The notes under the pieces are model-generated. The model was not told the DNA's origin. It saw only the letters and a program-made list of their open reading frames with translations, and did no database searches. Shown piece after piece: positions 48,371 to 60,064 of a DNA stretch of 64,000 nt (the first letter of the stretch is position 1; each line of letters begins with the position of its first letter). The position numbers and the translations under genes were made by a program. Source of the DNA: Candidatus Eiseniibacteriota bacterium (lineage in GTDB: Bacteria > Eisenbacteria > RBG-16-71-46); contig JBGAML010000012.1 in assembly GCA_044223005.1 (NCBI GenBank), positions 64,001-128,000 of the forward strand, in the 5' to 3' direction.

Positions 48371-48396
48371 GGGCGCGGGCCGCGAGGCCCGCGCCC
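48371..48396 (+). terminator. GNRA-loop hairpin between rocD and argF
   Basis: GGGCGCGGGCC-GCGA-GGCCCGCGCCC followed by GTTT. Confidence 0.5.
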
Positions 48397-48443
48397 GTTT
48401 CGCGCCCGGGCTCGAGGCCCGCGAGGCGCCGGGAGCATTCCGC

Positions 48444-49406
48444 ATGTCGACGACGCTCGAAACCCCGCGCGTGCCCGCGAGCGCGCGCATCCACGCCTAC
48501 CTGTCCACGAAGGACCTCTCCGCCGCGGCCACGATGGACGTGCTGAACCTCGCGCGCGAGATCAAGGCGCTGCACCGCGCGCGCAAGAACCCTTCGTACT
48601 TCGCCGGCCGAACGCTGGCGATGATCTTCCAGAAGCCCTCGCTGCGGACGCGCGTGTCGTTCGAAGCCGGCATGACCCAGTTGGGCGGCCACGCGATCTA
48701 CCTCGGGCCCGAGGACATCAAGATGGGCGGCCGCGAGACGGTCGAGGACATCGCGATCGTGCTGTCGGGCATGGCCGACCTGATCATGGCGCGCGTGTTC
48801 GGCCACGGGATCGTGGAGGAGCTCGCCAAGTACGCGACCGTGCCCGTGATCAACGGTCTCTCCGACCTCGAGCACCCCTGCCAGTGCCTCGGCGACCTGC
48901 TCACGATCCTCGAGCGCAAGGAGCGGCTCGAGGGCCTGCGCATGGTGTTCGTGGGCGACGGCAACAACGTCGCGAACTCGCTGCTCTACGGCGGCGCGCT
49001 GATGGGCATGCACGTCACCGTGGCGGGCCCGCAGGGCTACGAGCCGCCGGCGGCGCTGCTCGCCGACGCGCAGAAGCTCGCGTCCGCGACGGGTGCGAAG
49101 CTCGAGTGGACGGCGGACGTGAAGGGCGCGTGCCGCGGGGCGGACGTGCTCTACACCGACGTCTGGACGAGCATGGGCCAGGAGGCCGAGAGCAGGAAGC
49201 GGCTCGCCGACTTCCAGGGCTACCAGGTGAACGGCGAGCTCATGGCACTCGCGAAGCCCGACGCGATCGTGCTCCACTGCCTGCCCGCGCACTACGGCGA
49301 GGAGCTCGACTACGCCACGTCGCGGCTGCCGAACTCGGCGATCTTCCAGCAGGCCGAGAACCGCCTGCATGCGCAGAAGGCGCTCATGGTGGCGATGGCG
49401 GGCTGA
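48444..49406 (+). CDS. argF: Ornithine carbamoyltransferase (ArgF/ArcB)
   Basis: FQKPSLRTRVSF, HPCQ, GDGNNV, YTDVWTSMGQE, HCLPA, QAENRLH. Confidence 0.95.
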   Translation: MSTTLETPRVPASARIHAYLSTKDLSAAATMDVLNLAREIKALHRARKNPSYFAGRTLAMIFQKPSLRTRVSFEAGMTQLGGHAIYLGPEDIKMGGRETVEDIAIVLSGMADLIMARVFGHGIVEELAKYATVPVINGLSDLEHPCQCLGDLLTILERKERLEGLRMVFVGDGNNVANSLLYGGALMGMHVTVAGPQGYEPPAALLADAQKLASATGAKLEWTADVKGACRGADVLYTDVWTSMGQEAESRKRLADFQGYQVNGELMALAKPDAIVLHCLPAHYGEELDYATSRLPNSAIFQQAENRLHAQKALMVAMAG

Positions 49407-49425
49407 CCGCCCCGCGCGAACGACG

Positions 49426-49455
49426 ACGGGCGGCCCACCACGGCGGGCCGCCCGT
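49426..49455. terminator. Stem-loop between convergent genes
   Basis: ACGGGCGGCCC-N8-GGGCCGCCCGT. Confidence 0.55.
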
Positions 49456-49474
49456 TCGCGTTCCGGTGTCGGCG

Positions 49475-52400
49475 TCAGCGGAGCACGCAGATCCGTTCGC
49501 GGCGCCGCTCGCTCCCCTGCACCAGCTGCACGAAGTAGAGCCCCGCGCGCAGCGGCTGGCCGCCGGTGAGCTCGACGGTGTGCCGCCCCGCGGGCAGCGT
49601 GCCGAGATCGCGCGCGAGCACGCGCCGGCCGCCCACCTCGTAGAGCTCGACGCGCGCGGGCGCCGCGGAGGCGACCGTGACGTCCAGCGCCAGCACCGCG
49701 CCCGTGATCGGGTTCGCCCCACGCAGCGCGATCGCCAGCGCGAGCGGTGGGCCGAGCACCGGGATCTGCGCCGCGCCCAGCTGCGCCGCGACGCTCTCGT
49801 TGCCGTTCTGGTCCACCGCGGTGAGCGCGTACGCCGCGCCCTCCCCCGGGGCCGGGTCCACGAAGCCGGTGTCGGGCTGCTGCGCGACCAGCGTCGCGCC
49901 CGACGGCGCGACGTGGTCGCCGCTACCGCGGTAGAGCCGATAGAGTGCGAAGTCGGGCTCGTGGTTGGCGCCCCAGTGCAAGTGGGCGGCGCCCGATTCG
50001 ATGCGCGCGGAGAACGGCGCGGGCGAGGCCGGCGGGAAGTTGTCGACCGAGTAGCCCGAGTCCGGCGCCGAGTCGAAGAACACGCTGGGCGTGCTCGTGC
50101 GGGCGCTGACCATGTACGTCGCCCAGTGCGTGCCGGCCGCGTTCGAGTCGCGCAGCGTCGGGACCACCGCCGTGTAGAGCGTCTCCGCGCGCGCGTCGAA
50201 CGTGCCGACCTGGTCCCAGCCCGCGAGTGCGGCGCCGTCGGGCCGCGCCTGCGCCGCGCTCGCACCGGCGTCGACGCGGCGGTAGACGCCGTAGGCCTGC
50301 ACCGGCGTGGCGATGCCGGCCACGTCGAGCGTGCTCGCGCGCACGGTGAGCCGCACCTGCCGCCCCTGGTCGGCGGGCAGGTCGAGTACCGAGACGATCA
50401 CCGGCAACGATGCCGGCACGACGCGATGCACGAGGCTGCCCGAGGCGCTGCCGCCGAACCGCGTGGAGCCGAGATAGGACGCGCGGATCGTGTGCACGCC
50501 GGCCGGAATCGTGGTCACGTCCGCCAGCGTCGCGACGCCGTCCACCAGCGGCACGGGCGAGAGCAACGGAGCGCCGTCCAGCTGGAACTGCACGATGCCG
50601 GTGACGTCGTAGATCGACGGGTACTCGCTCGTGACGGTGGCGGTGAACGTCTTGGGGGCCGTCACGCTCGTCGGCGACGCCGTGCCGGCGATCGCGGTGC
50701 GCGTCAGCCCCGGCGAGACGGTGATGCCGACGTCGGTGGCCGTACTCGGCATCGCCGCCACCGAGCCCAGGTAGCGCGCGCCGATCGTGTGCGCACCGAC
50801 GTCGAGGTCGGCGCCGCCCCGGAACGAGGCCTGGCGGTTCACCAGCGCGACCGGCGCCCCCCAGTCGGTGCCGTCGAGCACGAACTGCACGGAGCCGCTC
50901 GGGACCGCGTTCGCGTTCGCCAGTGATGCGACGGCCGCGGAGAAGTCGCGCACTTCGTTGAGCCGGCCGATCGTGGGGTACGCGAAGAGCGTGGTCGTCG
51001 TCAGGTCCGGCCCGGAGTGGATCGCGATCGGCGGCGAGACGCTGCCGAACAGGTTCGTGCTGCCCGAGTAGACCGCGCGCAGGACGTGATCGCCCACCGC
51101 GAGCGAGATCCCGGAGATCCGCACGGCGCTGCCGCTCAGCACGCCGGCGTAGTTCGTCGCGACGCCGTCGACTTCGAGCTGGATGGTGCCGCTCACCGGC
51201 AGGCCGGGCGAGTGGACCGATCGTACCGAAACGTCGACGCTGAAGACCGCGCCGGCCGAGATGCTCTGCGACGGGCCGACCATCGTCGTCCGGCTCGAAT
51301 CCCGGTCCACCGTGTAGAAGAGGGTGTCCGAAGCGGAAGGCAGGAAGTTGCCGTCACCGGCATAGCCGGCGACGAGCCGGTGCACACCTGCGTTCAGGAC
51401 GCCGGCCGCGATGTTGCCGGTGGCGTGCCCGTTCGAGAGCACACCCTGGGCCACCACGCTGCCGCCGTCGTAGAAGCCCACGGCGCCGCTCGCGTTCGCG
51501 GGCACCATCGTGGCGTTCAGGGTCACGGCGCCGCCGTAGACGATCGTGGTCGGCGTCGCGATGAACGTCAGCGACGTCGGCGTCCCCGCACGCACGAACA
51601 AGGTCACGGGACTGCTCGTGACGGGAGGGAAGTTCGCGTCGCCGTTGTACTGCGCGACCAGGTAGTGATTGCCCTGCGTGAACGCGTAGGCCGCCTGCAC
51701 CGCGCCCAGGACGAGCGTGTGGGTGCCGAGCAGCGCGCCGCCATCCCGCAGCGTGACCGTCCCGGTGGCGGTCGGCGGCGACATCACGACACTGAGCGTC
51801 ACGAGCTGCTGCGTGCCCGCCGGATTCGGGGACACCGTGAACGTGAGAACGGCGTTCCGGTTGAACACGCTGGAGAGCAGGGACACCGTGTTCGCGCCAC
51901 TGTTCGCGCTCACCAGCGACACGCCGCTCACGCCCGCGAAGCTCCCGACGCCGATGCCCCACGCGCCGCTCCCGGCCGAGATCACGCGCCGATCCGGGAA
52001 ATGGCCTGTACCATTCCCGAAGACCAGCGAGACCTGGCCGGCGCCGGGGTTGGAGACGAGTGCGTCGAGGGCCCCGTCGAGATCGAAATCGCCCGTCACG
52101 ATCTGCTGCGGGCTGGTGCCCGCATCGGAGAGGACCGGGGCGGCGAAGCCGCCGGCGTGGTCGCCCGCGAGGTATGCGACTTCGCCGATGCCACTCACGC
52201 AGACGACCGCATCGAGATCGCCATCGTGGTCCACGTCGACCAGCGCGATGCCCTGGGGAGTGCCTCCGGTCGAGTAGCTGCCCGAGAAGTAGAAGTCGCC
52301 TGTGCCATCCCCGCCCAGCACGGCGATGCTCCCGGCTCCGCCATCCGCAACGACGAGGTCGGAGTTCCCGTCCCCGTCGAGGTCTCCGGCCGCGATGCCG

Positions 52401-52966
52401 TTCAGTGCCGTCGAGTACGCGTCCGCGAAGCGGCGGCGGCCGAGCGCGCCAGCACCATCGCCGAACAGCAGCGCCACGACAGCGCGCGACTGGACGGTCG
52501 CCGCGACGTCCACGTGCCCGTCGCCGTCCCAGTCACCCGTGGCCAGCGAGGTCGGAGCGCCGCCCGCATCGACGTCCACGTGCTCCGCGAACGTGCCGTT
52601 CCCCAGATTGTGCAGGATCGACACCGTGCGGCCCCACGAGTTCGCGACGACGAGGTCGGGATGGCCGTCGGCGTCCAGGTCGAGCGCGACCACGGCGGCC
52701 GGCCCGTTCCCGGTGGCGTAGTCCACCTTGCCCGCCAGGCCACCGTCGACACCCTTGAGCACGGAGACCGTGGCGGCCTGGGTGTTCGCGGTGACCACGT
52801 CGAGCTTGCCGTCACCGTCGAGGTCGGCGACCACGAGGCCCGTGGGTCCGGTGCCGGTGGGGTAGTCGACCCGCGTCGCGCGGGCAGCGACCGGTGCGAG
52901 CATCGCGAACGCGACAAGCGCGAATGCGATCGCGAGGTGGCGGAGCATGGGGCGGTGGAATCGCAT
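49475..52966 (-). CDS. Secreted FG-GAP/VCBS beta-propeller + tandem Big_3 Ig domains + CTD-like C-terminus (adhesin-like)
   Basis: Signal peptide; repeated DLDGDG.LD motifs; about five Ig repeats ending G.H...A.Y.G..NF..S; C-terminal ANP...LYEVGGRRV...AGLYFVQL. Confidence 0.85.
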   Translation of the reverse strand: MRFHRPMLRHLAIAFALVAFAMLAPVAARATRVDYPTGTGPTGLVVADLDGDGKLDVVTANTQAATVSVLKGVDGGLAGKVDYATGNGPAAVVALDLDADGHPDLVVANSWGRTVSILHNLGNGTFAEHVDVDAGGAPTSLATGDWDGDGHVDVAATVQSRAVVALLFGDGAGALGRRRFADAYSTALNGIAAGDLDGDGNSDLVVADGGAGSIAVLGGDGTGDFYFSGSYSTGGTPQGIALVDVDHDGDLDAVVCVSGIGEVAYLAGDHAGGFAAPVLSDAGTSPQQIVTGDFDLDGALDALVSNPGAGQVSLVFGNGTGHFPDRRVISAGSGAWGIGVGSFAGVSGVSLVSANSGANTVSLLSSVFNRNAVLTFTVSPNPAGTQQLVTLSVVMSPPTATGTVTLRDGGALLGTHTLVLGAVQAAYAFTQGNHYLVAQYNGDANFPPVTSSPVTLFVRAGTPTSLTFIATPTTIVYGGAVTLNATMVPANASGAVGFYDGGSVVAQGVLSNGHATGNIAAGVLNAGVHRLVAGYAGDGNFLPSASDTLFYTVDRDSSRTTMVGPSQSISAGAVFSVDVSVRSVHSPGLPVSGTIQLEVDGVATNYAGVLSGSAVRISGISLAVGDHVLRAVYSGSTNLFGSVSPPIAIHSGPDLTTTTLFAYPTIGRLNEVRDFSAAVASLANANAVPSGSVQFVLDGTDWGAPVALVNRQASFRGGADLDVGAHTIGARYLGSVAAMPSTATDVGITVSPGLTRTAIAGTASPTSVTAPKTFTATVTSEYPSIYDVTGIVQFQLDGAPLLSPVPLVDGVATLADVTTIPAGVHTIRASYLGSTRFGGSASGSLVHRVVPASLPVIVSVLDLPADQGRQVRLTVRASTLDVAGIATPVQAYGVYRRVDAGASAAQARPDGAALAGWDQVGTFDARAETLYTAVVPTLRDSNAAGTHWATYMVSARTSTPSVFFDSAPDSGYSVDNFPPASPAPFSARIESGAAHLHWGANHEPDFALYRLYRGSGDHVAPSGATLVAQQPDTGFVDPAPGEGAAYALTAVDQNGNESVAAQLGAAQIPVLGPPLALAIALRGANPITGAVLALDVTVASAAPARVELYEVGGRRVLARDLGTLPAGRHTVELTGGQPLRAGLYFVQLVQGSERRRERICVLR

Positions 52967-53114
52967 GGCTTCTCCCTCCGCGCGCGTGGCGCATGCGGCG
53001 GCCGGCCGAGGGGGACGCGGGCGCGGACGTGCCGTGGGGTCGATCGAGCACTCCGAAGCGTCGAGCCTAGCACCCCGATCGCACGCGTGCCCGCGCCGTT
53101 TCCCCGCGCGAGTC

Positions 53115-53141
53115 GCGGGGCGGGCGTGGCGCCCGCCCCGC
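53115..53141. terminator. Stem-loop downstream of the peptidase gene
   Basis: GCGGGGCGGGCG-TGG-CGCCCGCCCCGC. Confidence 0.55.
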
Positions 53142-53155
53142 CGCGTCGCGTCGCC

Positions 53156-53926
53156 TCAGCCCTGCGCTTCGCCGAGCCGCTGCGCGAGCCGGTCGAGGTC
53201 GAGCGCGCCGCCGAGTGCTGCGAGCCGCCGGAGCGCCTCGTCCCGCGCGTCGACGATCGCGTAAGCCTCGTCGCAGAAGCGCTCGAAGAACGCCCACGTC
53301 ATCGGCTGGCGCTTCCCCCACGTCACGCACACGGGGCCCTTCCGCGTGTAGCCGACCACGTAGACGTAGTGCCCGCCCACGGGCGTGGGATCGCGCTTCG
53401 ACACGTCCCACGGCCGGCCCTCGTCGAACTGCGCGAGCGCGTCCGCGGGCAGCAGCAGGCCGATGCCGATCCCGGCCTGCATCACGATCGCGCGTTTCAC
53501 CTCGGCCCGGCTCGCGCGCCCCACCTCGGTGAATGCGGCGATCCGGTACGTGCGGCCCGCGGCCTCCCAGCCGCGGGTGCGCCAGGCCTTGAGCGAATCG
53601 AGCACCACGAGCCCGTCCTCGGTGTTCCCGTTCTCGAGCCGCCACTCGCGCAGCACGTCGGCCGTCGAGATCGCGAGTTTCCTCGATTGCTCGATCCACT
53701 CGAAGCGGAGCGTCTGGTGCGCACGGCCCGCGATCACGCAGTCGCCGTGCACGTCGTTGCCGAACATCGGCGTCGGGATCGCGACGTGCTCCGTGTCGAA
53801 GTCCCACTCCGCCGGCAGGCGCGGCGCCTTCCGCACCAGCTCCGCGAACGCGATGTTGCGGGCGTCGCGCCTCGCGGGCAGCTTGCCCATGCGGACGCGT
53901 GAACCCGAACGTTGCTTCCTCGGCAT
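53156..53926 (-). CDS. Papain-like (clan CA) cysteine peptidase-fold protein
   Basis: GAGGAGG RBS; MFGNDVHGDCVIA (Cys), GGHYVYVVGY (His), VTWG, FFERFCDEAY. Confidence 0.7.
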   Translation of the reverse strand: MPRKQRSGSRVRMGKLPARRDARNIAFAELVRKAPRLPAEWDFDTEHVAIPTPMFGNDVHGDCVIAGRAHQTLRFEWIEQSRKLAISTADVLREWRLENGNTEDGLVVLDSLKAWRTRGWEAAGRTYRIAAFTEVGRASRAEVKRAIVMQAGIGIGLLLPADALAQFDEGRPWDVSKRDPTPVGGHYVYVVGYTRKGPVCVTWGKRQPMTWAFFERFCDEAYAIVDARDEALRRLAALGGALDLDRLAQRLGEAQG

Positions 53927-54064
53927 GACGAACCTCCTCGCGCATGCCACGGTCCTTCGGGGGCCGCCGCCCGTCGGGGTCGGGCGTAACCGAGCTACGC
54001 GCCGAGGCGCGGAAGGTTGCGGGGAATCGCGGGCGGCGCGTCGGACGAGCGGCGCGGGGGCGCG

Positions 54065-55513
<1,449 letters not shown>

Positions 55514-55515
55514 GT

Positions 55516-57024
55516 TCAGTACTGGGCGAGCGCGCCCGTCTTGCCGTTGAACTCGTCGATCATCGCGTCCCACTGCGGGATCGCGTCGCGCAGCGAACGC
55601 CAGAACGACTGGTCGTGACGCGCGGTGAAGTCCTCGATCGACACGCCGCGCTGCTCGACCCACGTGTAGTAGCCGAGGTTGAAGATGCGGCGGCGGTCCT
55701 GCTCGGTGAGCTCGAGCACGTGGTCGGCGTGCGCGCCGTAGAGCCAGCGCTCGGCGACGGCCTCGGCCGCGCGGGCATCGAAGCCCCTCGGGAAGTCGCG
55801 CTGGAGCGCCTTCTCGTGCTCGCTCGAGTACATCATGTCGCCGTCGGTCGCGACCGTGATCACGGCGTCGTCCGCGCCCAGGCCCAGCCGGCGCGCGGTC
55901 TTGATGGCGCCGAGGACGTTGCAGATGCTCGAGAGCCCGAAGCTCGACAGCGCCTCGAGCAACTCCGGCGCGACGCCGTGGCGCGCGCGCAGGTACTCGC
56001 GGCCCTCGGGCGTGCTGAACACGAGCCCGAGCTGGTCGGTCGCCTGGTCGGAGATCGCGACCACGAGGTCGGTGTTCATCACGTTGTGGATGAGCGGCAC
56101 GTGCTTGTCGCCGATGCCCTGGATGTTGTGGTCGCCGAAGCCGTTCTCGAGCAGCGTCGGGCACTCGAGCGCCTCGGCCGCCACGATGCGCGTGCCGTAC
56201 GTATCCTTGAGGTGGTCACCGGCCGCGATCGTGCCCGCCGAGCCCGTCGCGGACACGAAGCCCGCGAGCCGCAGGTGCGGGTGGCTCTTGCGCACGTGCT
56301 CGTAGACGTGCGCCAGCGCCGTGCCGGTGACGCGGTAGTGGCCGAGGTGGTTCGCGTACTCGCTGAACTGGTTCAGGATCACGTTGGCCGGATCCTTCTC
56401 GAGCAGCGCGCACTCGTCGTAGATCTCCTTGACGTTGCTCTCGCAGCCGGGCGTCCGGATGATGTCCTTGGGATCCAGCACCCAGCGATCGAGCCACGCG
56501 AAGCGCTCGGCGCTCATGTTCTCGGGCAGCACGGCCACGCCGCGGCAGTTCATGATCCGCGAGATCGCGACGCCGCCGCGGCAGTAGTTGCCCGTCGACG
56601 GCCACACGGCGCGCTGCGTCGTGGGGTCGTAGCGGCCCGTCACCACGCGCGGCGCGAGGCACGCGTAAGCGGCGAGCACCTTGTGCGCATGGATCATCGG
56701 GAAGCGGTCGCCGAACGCCACGAGGATCGGCGCATCGACGCCCGTCAGGCTCTTCGGCAGCACGACGTGCTCGGGCACCGCGGCGCGCGCGCGGCGCGAA
56801 GCGTCGTTGTACCAGTGCACGCGGAAGAGGTTGAGCGGATGCGCGGCGTCGGGATCGACCGAGGCGAGAGCCGACGTGATGCCGGCGGGGATGCGCGTGG
56901 GGTCGGCGAGCTGCGCGAACGTCGGCAGCGCGATCTTCGCCTCCCGGAAACGGCTCACGGCATGGTCGTAGGTACCACGGTCGGCGATGGCGGTCTCGAG
57001 ACCGCCGGGGGCAATCGTGCTCAC
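55516..57024 (-). CDS. PLP-dependent fold-type II enzyme (cysteine synthase-like beta family)
   Basis: [75 protein letters not shown]. Confidence 0.82.
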   Translation of the reverse strand: MSTIAPGGLETAIADRGTYDHAVSRFREAKIALPTFAQLADPTRIPAGITSALASVDPDAAHPLNLFRVHWYNDASRRARAAVPEHVVLPKSLTGVDAPILVAFGDRFPMIHAHKVLAAYACLAPRVVTGRYDPTTQRAVWPSTGNYCRGGVAISRIMNCRGVAVLPENMSAERFAWLDRWVLDPKDIIRTPGCESNVKEIYDECALLEKDPANVILNQFSEYANHLGHYRVTGTALAHVYEHVRKSHPHLRLAGFVSATGSAGTIAAGDHLKDTYGTRIVAAEALECPTLLENGFGDHNIQGIGDKHVPLIHNVMNTDLVVAISDQATDQLGLVFSTPEGREYLRARHGVAPELLEALSSFGLSSICNVLGAIKTARRLGLGADDAVITVATDGDMMYSSEHEKALQRDFPRGFDARAAEAVAERWLYGAHADHVLELTEQDRRRIFNLGYYTWVEQRGVSIEDFTARHDQSFWRSLRDAIPQWDAMIDEFNGKTGALAQY

Positions 57025-57184
57025 GGGAGTGTTCGCTCCTCGGGGAAAAGTCGGGTGGAATGCTGCGAAAGTGCGCCGACCATAGCATCCGGCAACCCCC
57101 GCCTCCGATGGTCCGTTAGGCGGCCCCGTGCGAGCCGATTCGCGGAACGCACGGCCCGCGAACGCGTTGGCGGCTCTCTCCCGC

Positions 57185-58720
57185 TCAGCGAACGTCGGCC
57201 GTCCGCCTCCACTCGCCCGTCTCGTCGACGATCGTGTAGCTCGAGAGGTGCTTGCGGCCCTCGCGGCACACGAACCGGACGCCCTCCATCAGCGCCTGGA
57301 ACTCGCGCTCGGTCGTGACCGGCGAGAACCCGACGCGCACCCAGCCGGGCTTGACGCCGCAGTGGCCCTGTTCGAGCAGCGCGCGGATGCCGCGCGAGAC
57401 GTCGTCGTCGATGTGCAGCAGCTCGTGCCCGTAGGGCCCGGCGCACATGCAGCCGCCGCGCACCTGGACGCCGAAGAAGTCGTTGAGCAGCGCGACCACG
57501 AAGTTGTGGTGCAGGCCGCGGAAGATCATCGACACCACGCCCAGCCGCTCGACCTCGAGGTTGCCCAGGATCTCGATCCCGCTCTCGCGGGTCCATTCGG
57601 CGAGCGCGCGGCGCAGGTAGTCGTGCTCGACGCGATGCATGCGCTCGGACCCGATCGCGGCCTTGAGGTCGAACGCGAGCCCCGCCTGGATGCTGCCCAC
57701 CACGGGCGGCGTGCCGCCCGTCTCGCGGTGCGAGGTCTGCGTCAGGTAGACGTGCTCGGTGGGCGACGTGTAGAGCACCGTGCCGCCGCCCGGCTCGGAG
57801 GGCACGCGGTTCGAGAACAGCGAGCGGTGCGCGACCAGCAGCCCCGGCGTGCGCGGGCCGCCGAGGAACTTGTGCACCGAGAGGAACACCGCGTCGAGCC
57901 GCGCGTCCTCGTCCGGCGTGCCGTCCGCGCGGCGCGGGTGCATGTCGATGTCCACGTACGGGCCCGCCGCGGCGTAGTCGAAGAACGCCAGCGCGCCGTG
58001 CCGGTGCAGCACGCGCGCGAGCGCGTGCACATCGTTCAGGATCCCCGTCACGTTGGAGGCTGCGGAGAACGTGCCGATCTTGAGCGGTGCGTGCTTGTAC
58101 TTCTCGAGCTGCGCGTCCAGGTGCTCGGGTGAGACGCGGCCGTGCTCGTCGAAATCCACGTAGACCGTCTCGGCGATCGTCTCGCGCCACGTGATGTCGT
58201 TGCTGTGGTGCTCCATGTGGCTGCGGAACACGACCGGCCGCTGGTCCCCGGGCACGAGCCGCGACATCTCGTAGCGGTCCTCCAGCTGGCTCGGGATGCG
58301 CAGCCCCATCACCTGGATCAGCCGGTTCACCGCGCCCGTCGAGCCCGAGCCCACCGGCAGCACCACGTCGTCGGGGCCCGCGTTCAGGTACCCGCCGATG
58401 CGCCGGAACGCGCGCTCGTACCAGTGCGTCATCATTCGCCCGGTGGACGAGGTCTCGGTGTGCGTGTTGGCCATGAACGGCAGCACGCGCGTGTTCAGCG
58501 CGTCTTCCACCGAACGGTGGAAACGCCCCGAGGCGATGTAGTCGAAGTAGAGGAGCGGCTTCTCCCCCTCGGGCGTCGCCAGCGTCGCGTCCGCGCCGAT
58601 CACGCCCGCGCGCAGCGATTCGAGGAAGGCGCGCTCTTCGGGCTCGCTGCCGGTGACGACCGGCGAGCAGAGCGCATCGCCGTCCAAATCCACCAGCCGG
58701 TGCGACGGGAACGGGGACAT
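57185..58720 (-). CDS. Aminotransferase class V / cysteine desulfurase-like PLP enzyme
   Basis: [75 protein letters not shown]. Confidence 0.9.
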   Translation of the reverse strand: MSPFPSHRLVDLDGDALCSPVVTGSEPEERAFLESLRAGVIGADATLATPEGEKPLLYFDYIASGRFHRSVEDALNTRVLPFMANTHTETSSTGRMMTHWYERAFRRIGGYLNAGPDDVVLPVGSGSTGAVNRLIQVMGLRIPSQLEDRYEMSRLVPGDQRPVVFRSHMEHHSNDITWRETIAETVYVDFDEHGRVSPEHLDAQLEKYKHAPLKIGTFSAASNVTGILNDVHALARVLHRHGALAFFDYAAAGPYVDIDMHPRRADGTPDEDARLDAVFLSVHKFLGGPRTPGLLVAHRSLFSNRVPSEPGGGTVLYTSPTEHVYLTQTSHRETGGTPPVVGSIQAGLAFDLKAAIGSERMHRVEHDYLRRALAEWTRESGIEILGNLEVERLGVVSMIFRGLHHNFVVALLNDFFGVQVRGGCMCAGPYGHELLHIDDDVSRGIRALLEQGHCGVKPGWVRVGFSPVTTEREFQALMEGVRFVCREGRKHLSSYTIVDETGEWRRTADVR

Positions 58721-58895
58721 GCGCGCCTCCATTGGAGTTCAGGACGAGAAGGCCAGCCTAGGCGTGACGGAGAGGTCCAGCAAGAGGGGCAGCTGAGGTC
58801 GGCGGTCGGCGAGGCCGATATCTGGGTTGAGGTCGCTCTGTAGTCGAAGGTCGCGAAAAGTGTTGGGCCACACACGCCATGTGACGGAGACGGCA

Positions 58896-59564
58896 ATGAG
58901 ATTGAACAGAACTCCTCTCGGGGTCCTTGCGGCATCGGTGCTGCTGATTCTTCCCTGCACGCCCCTCCCGGAGCCAATGGCCGCCGAACGACCCGACCGA
59001 CCGATCACGACTCCCGCCAAGTCCGTCATGATCATCGTCTCAGGTGGGGCGCCGCTTCTGGTTGCTCAGCGCAACGATCACCGGGTTGGATGGCTCGCGG
59101 GCCATGAAGTCCGTGAACTTCCTGGCTGTAGTTACTCATATGGTGACGTGGGCGAAGATGACCCTGATGAGATCGCTCCGGACTCCAATGCCGTGCCCGC
59201 GAGTGACTCGGCAGCATCGGCGGATCCCATGGCGCCTGGAGACTGGCTCCCAGATGTCCACGAGTTCAAGATCCCCGACGTGTTCGCGCCTTTGTCGGGT
59301 TCCGCAGCAGGCTCGGCCCTCTTGCGTCGAGGGAAGTGCGAAATTCGGATCTCCGCCGACGGCCGAAGCTGTGAGTCCCACATTGGAGTTGAGGTCTACG
59401 CCTCGAGGTTCGGGGGCCTGCCCACTGCCAATGCGAGCGCCGACGACTCGCTTGATGCGGGCGATACGCACCGGTGGCTTGTCTCCTGGCGCTGCACGTC
59501 GTCCGGGTGCGTCACGACACTGACTCGGTTGGACCGGGCGAAGAAGCGAACAGGAACGCACTAG
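58896..59564 (+). CDS. Hypothetical exported protein, atypical codon usage
   Basis: GGAG RBS; signal-like N-terminus; more A/T at third positions than flanking genes; several Cys. Confidence 0.5.
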   Translation: MRLNRTPLGVLAASVLLILPCTPLPEPMAAERPDRPITTPAKSVMIIVSGGAPLLVAQRNDHRVGWLAGHEVRELPGCSYSYGDVGEDDPDEIAPDSNAVPASDSAASADPMAPGDWLPDVHEFKIPDVFAPLSGSAAGSALLRRGKCEIRISADGRSCESHIGVEVYASRFGGLPTANASADDSLDAGDTHRWLVSWRCTSSGCVTTLTRLDRAKKRTGTH

Positions 59565-59623
59565 GACCTCCGCATTGCCTCGATGGCAGCTCGCTTGGAC
59601 CGGATTCCCAGCCTCACTGGTCT

Positions 59624-59841
59624 TCACCCCTTCTCCGCGCACGTCGCCATGAACGGAGCGATCCGCTCAGCGAGCGGATGCCCGGGCCAGCCGTCCTCGT
59701 AGAGCGCTCTCAGCTGGAAGCCTGCGTCCAGCTGGCCGCCGAGCTGGTTGTCGAGCGTGTGGCCGAACTCCAGCGGCTCACCCTTCGCGCGCATCTGCTC
59801 GATCCGCGCCGCGTCGCGCGCTTCGAGGTCGGAGTACGGCA
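59624..59841 (-). pseudogene. Duplicated 3' end (218 bp) of the methyltransferase gene
   Basis: Direct repeat of 61350-61567 (offset 1726) with about 9 mismatches by eye; encodes PYSDLEARD...FMATCAEK(G/P)-stop. Confidence 0.92.
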
Positions 59842-60064
59842 CGCGATTCACCCCCGACCGATCGGCATTCTCCATATCAGCATCGCGGTGAAAGCCCAAC
59901 CGACCTTCGCCATACCGGTCGACCCTTGGGCATGCGTGCTCGAGGCGCGGGTGCAGCCGCCCGGCCTATTTGGCCCGGCTGGAGTGATCAACTCCTCGCC
60001 CACGACCTGCCAGTGCCCCGGCCGTTGCATGTCAACGCCACCCACACCCGGCCCTCCCGGGCAC

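Noticed and set aside
59624..59899. 91-aa ORF as an independent gene
   Set aside because: It is the duplicated methyltransferase tail preceded by unrelated sequence; treated as a pseudogene fragment
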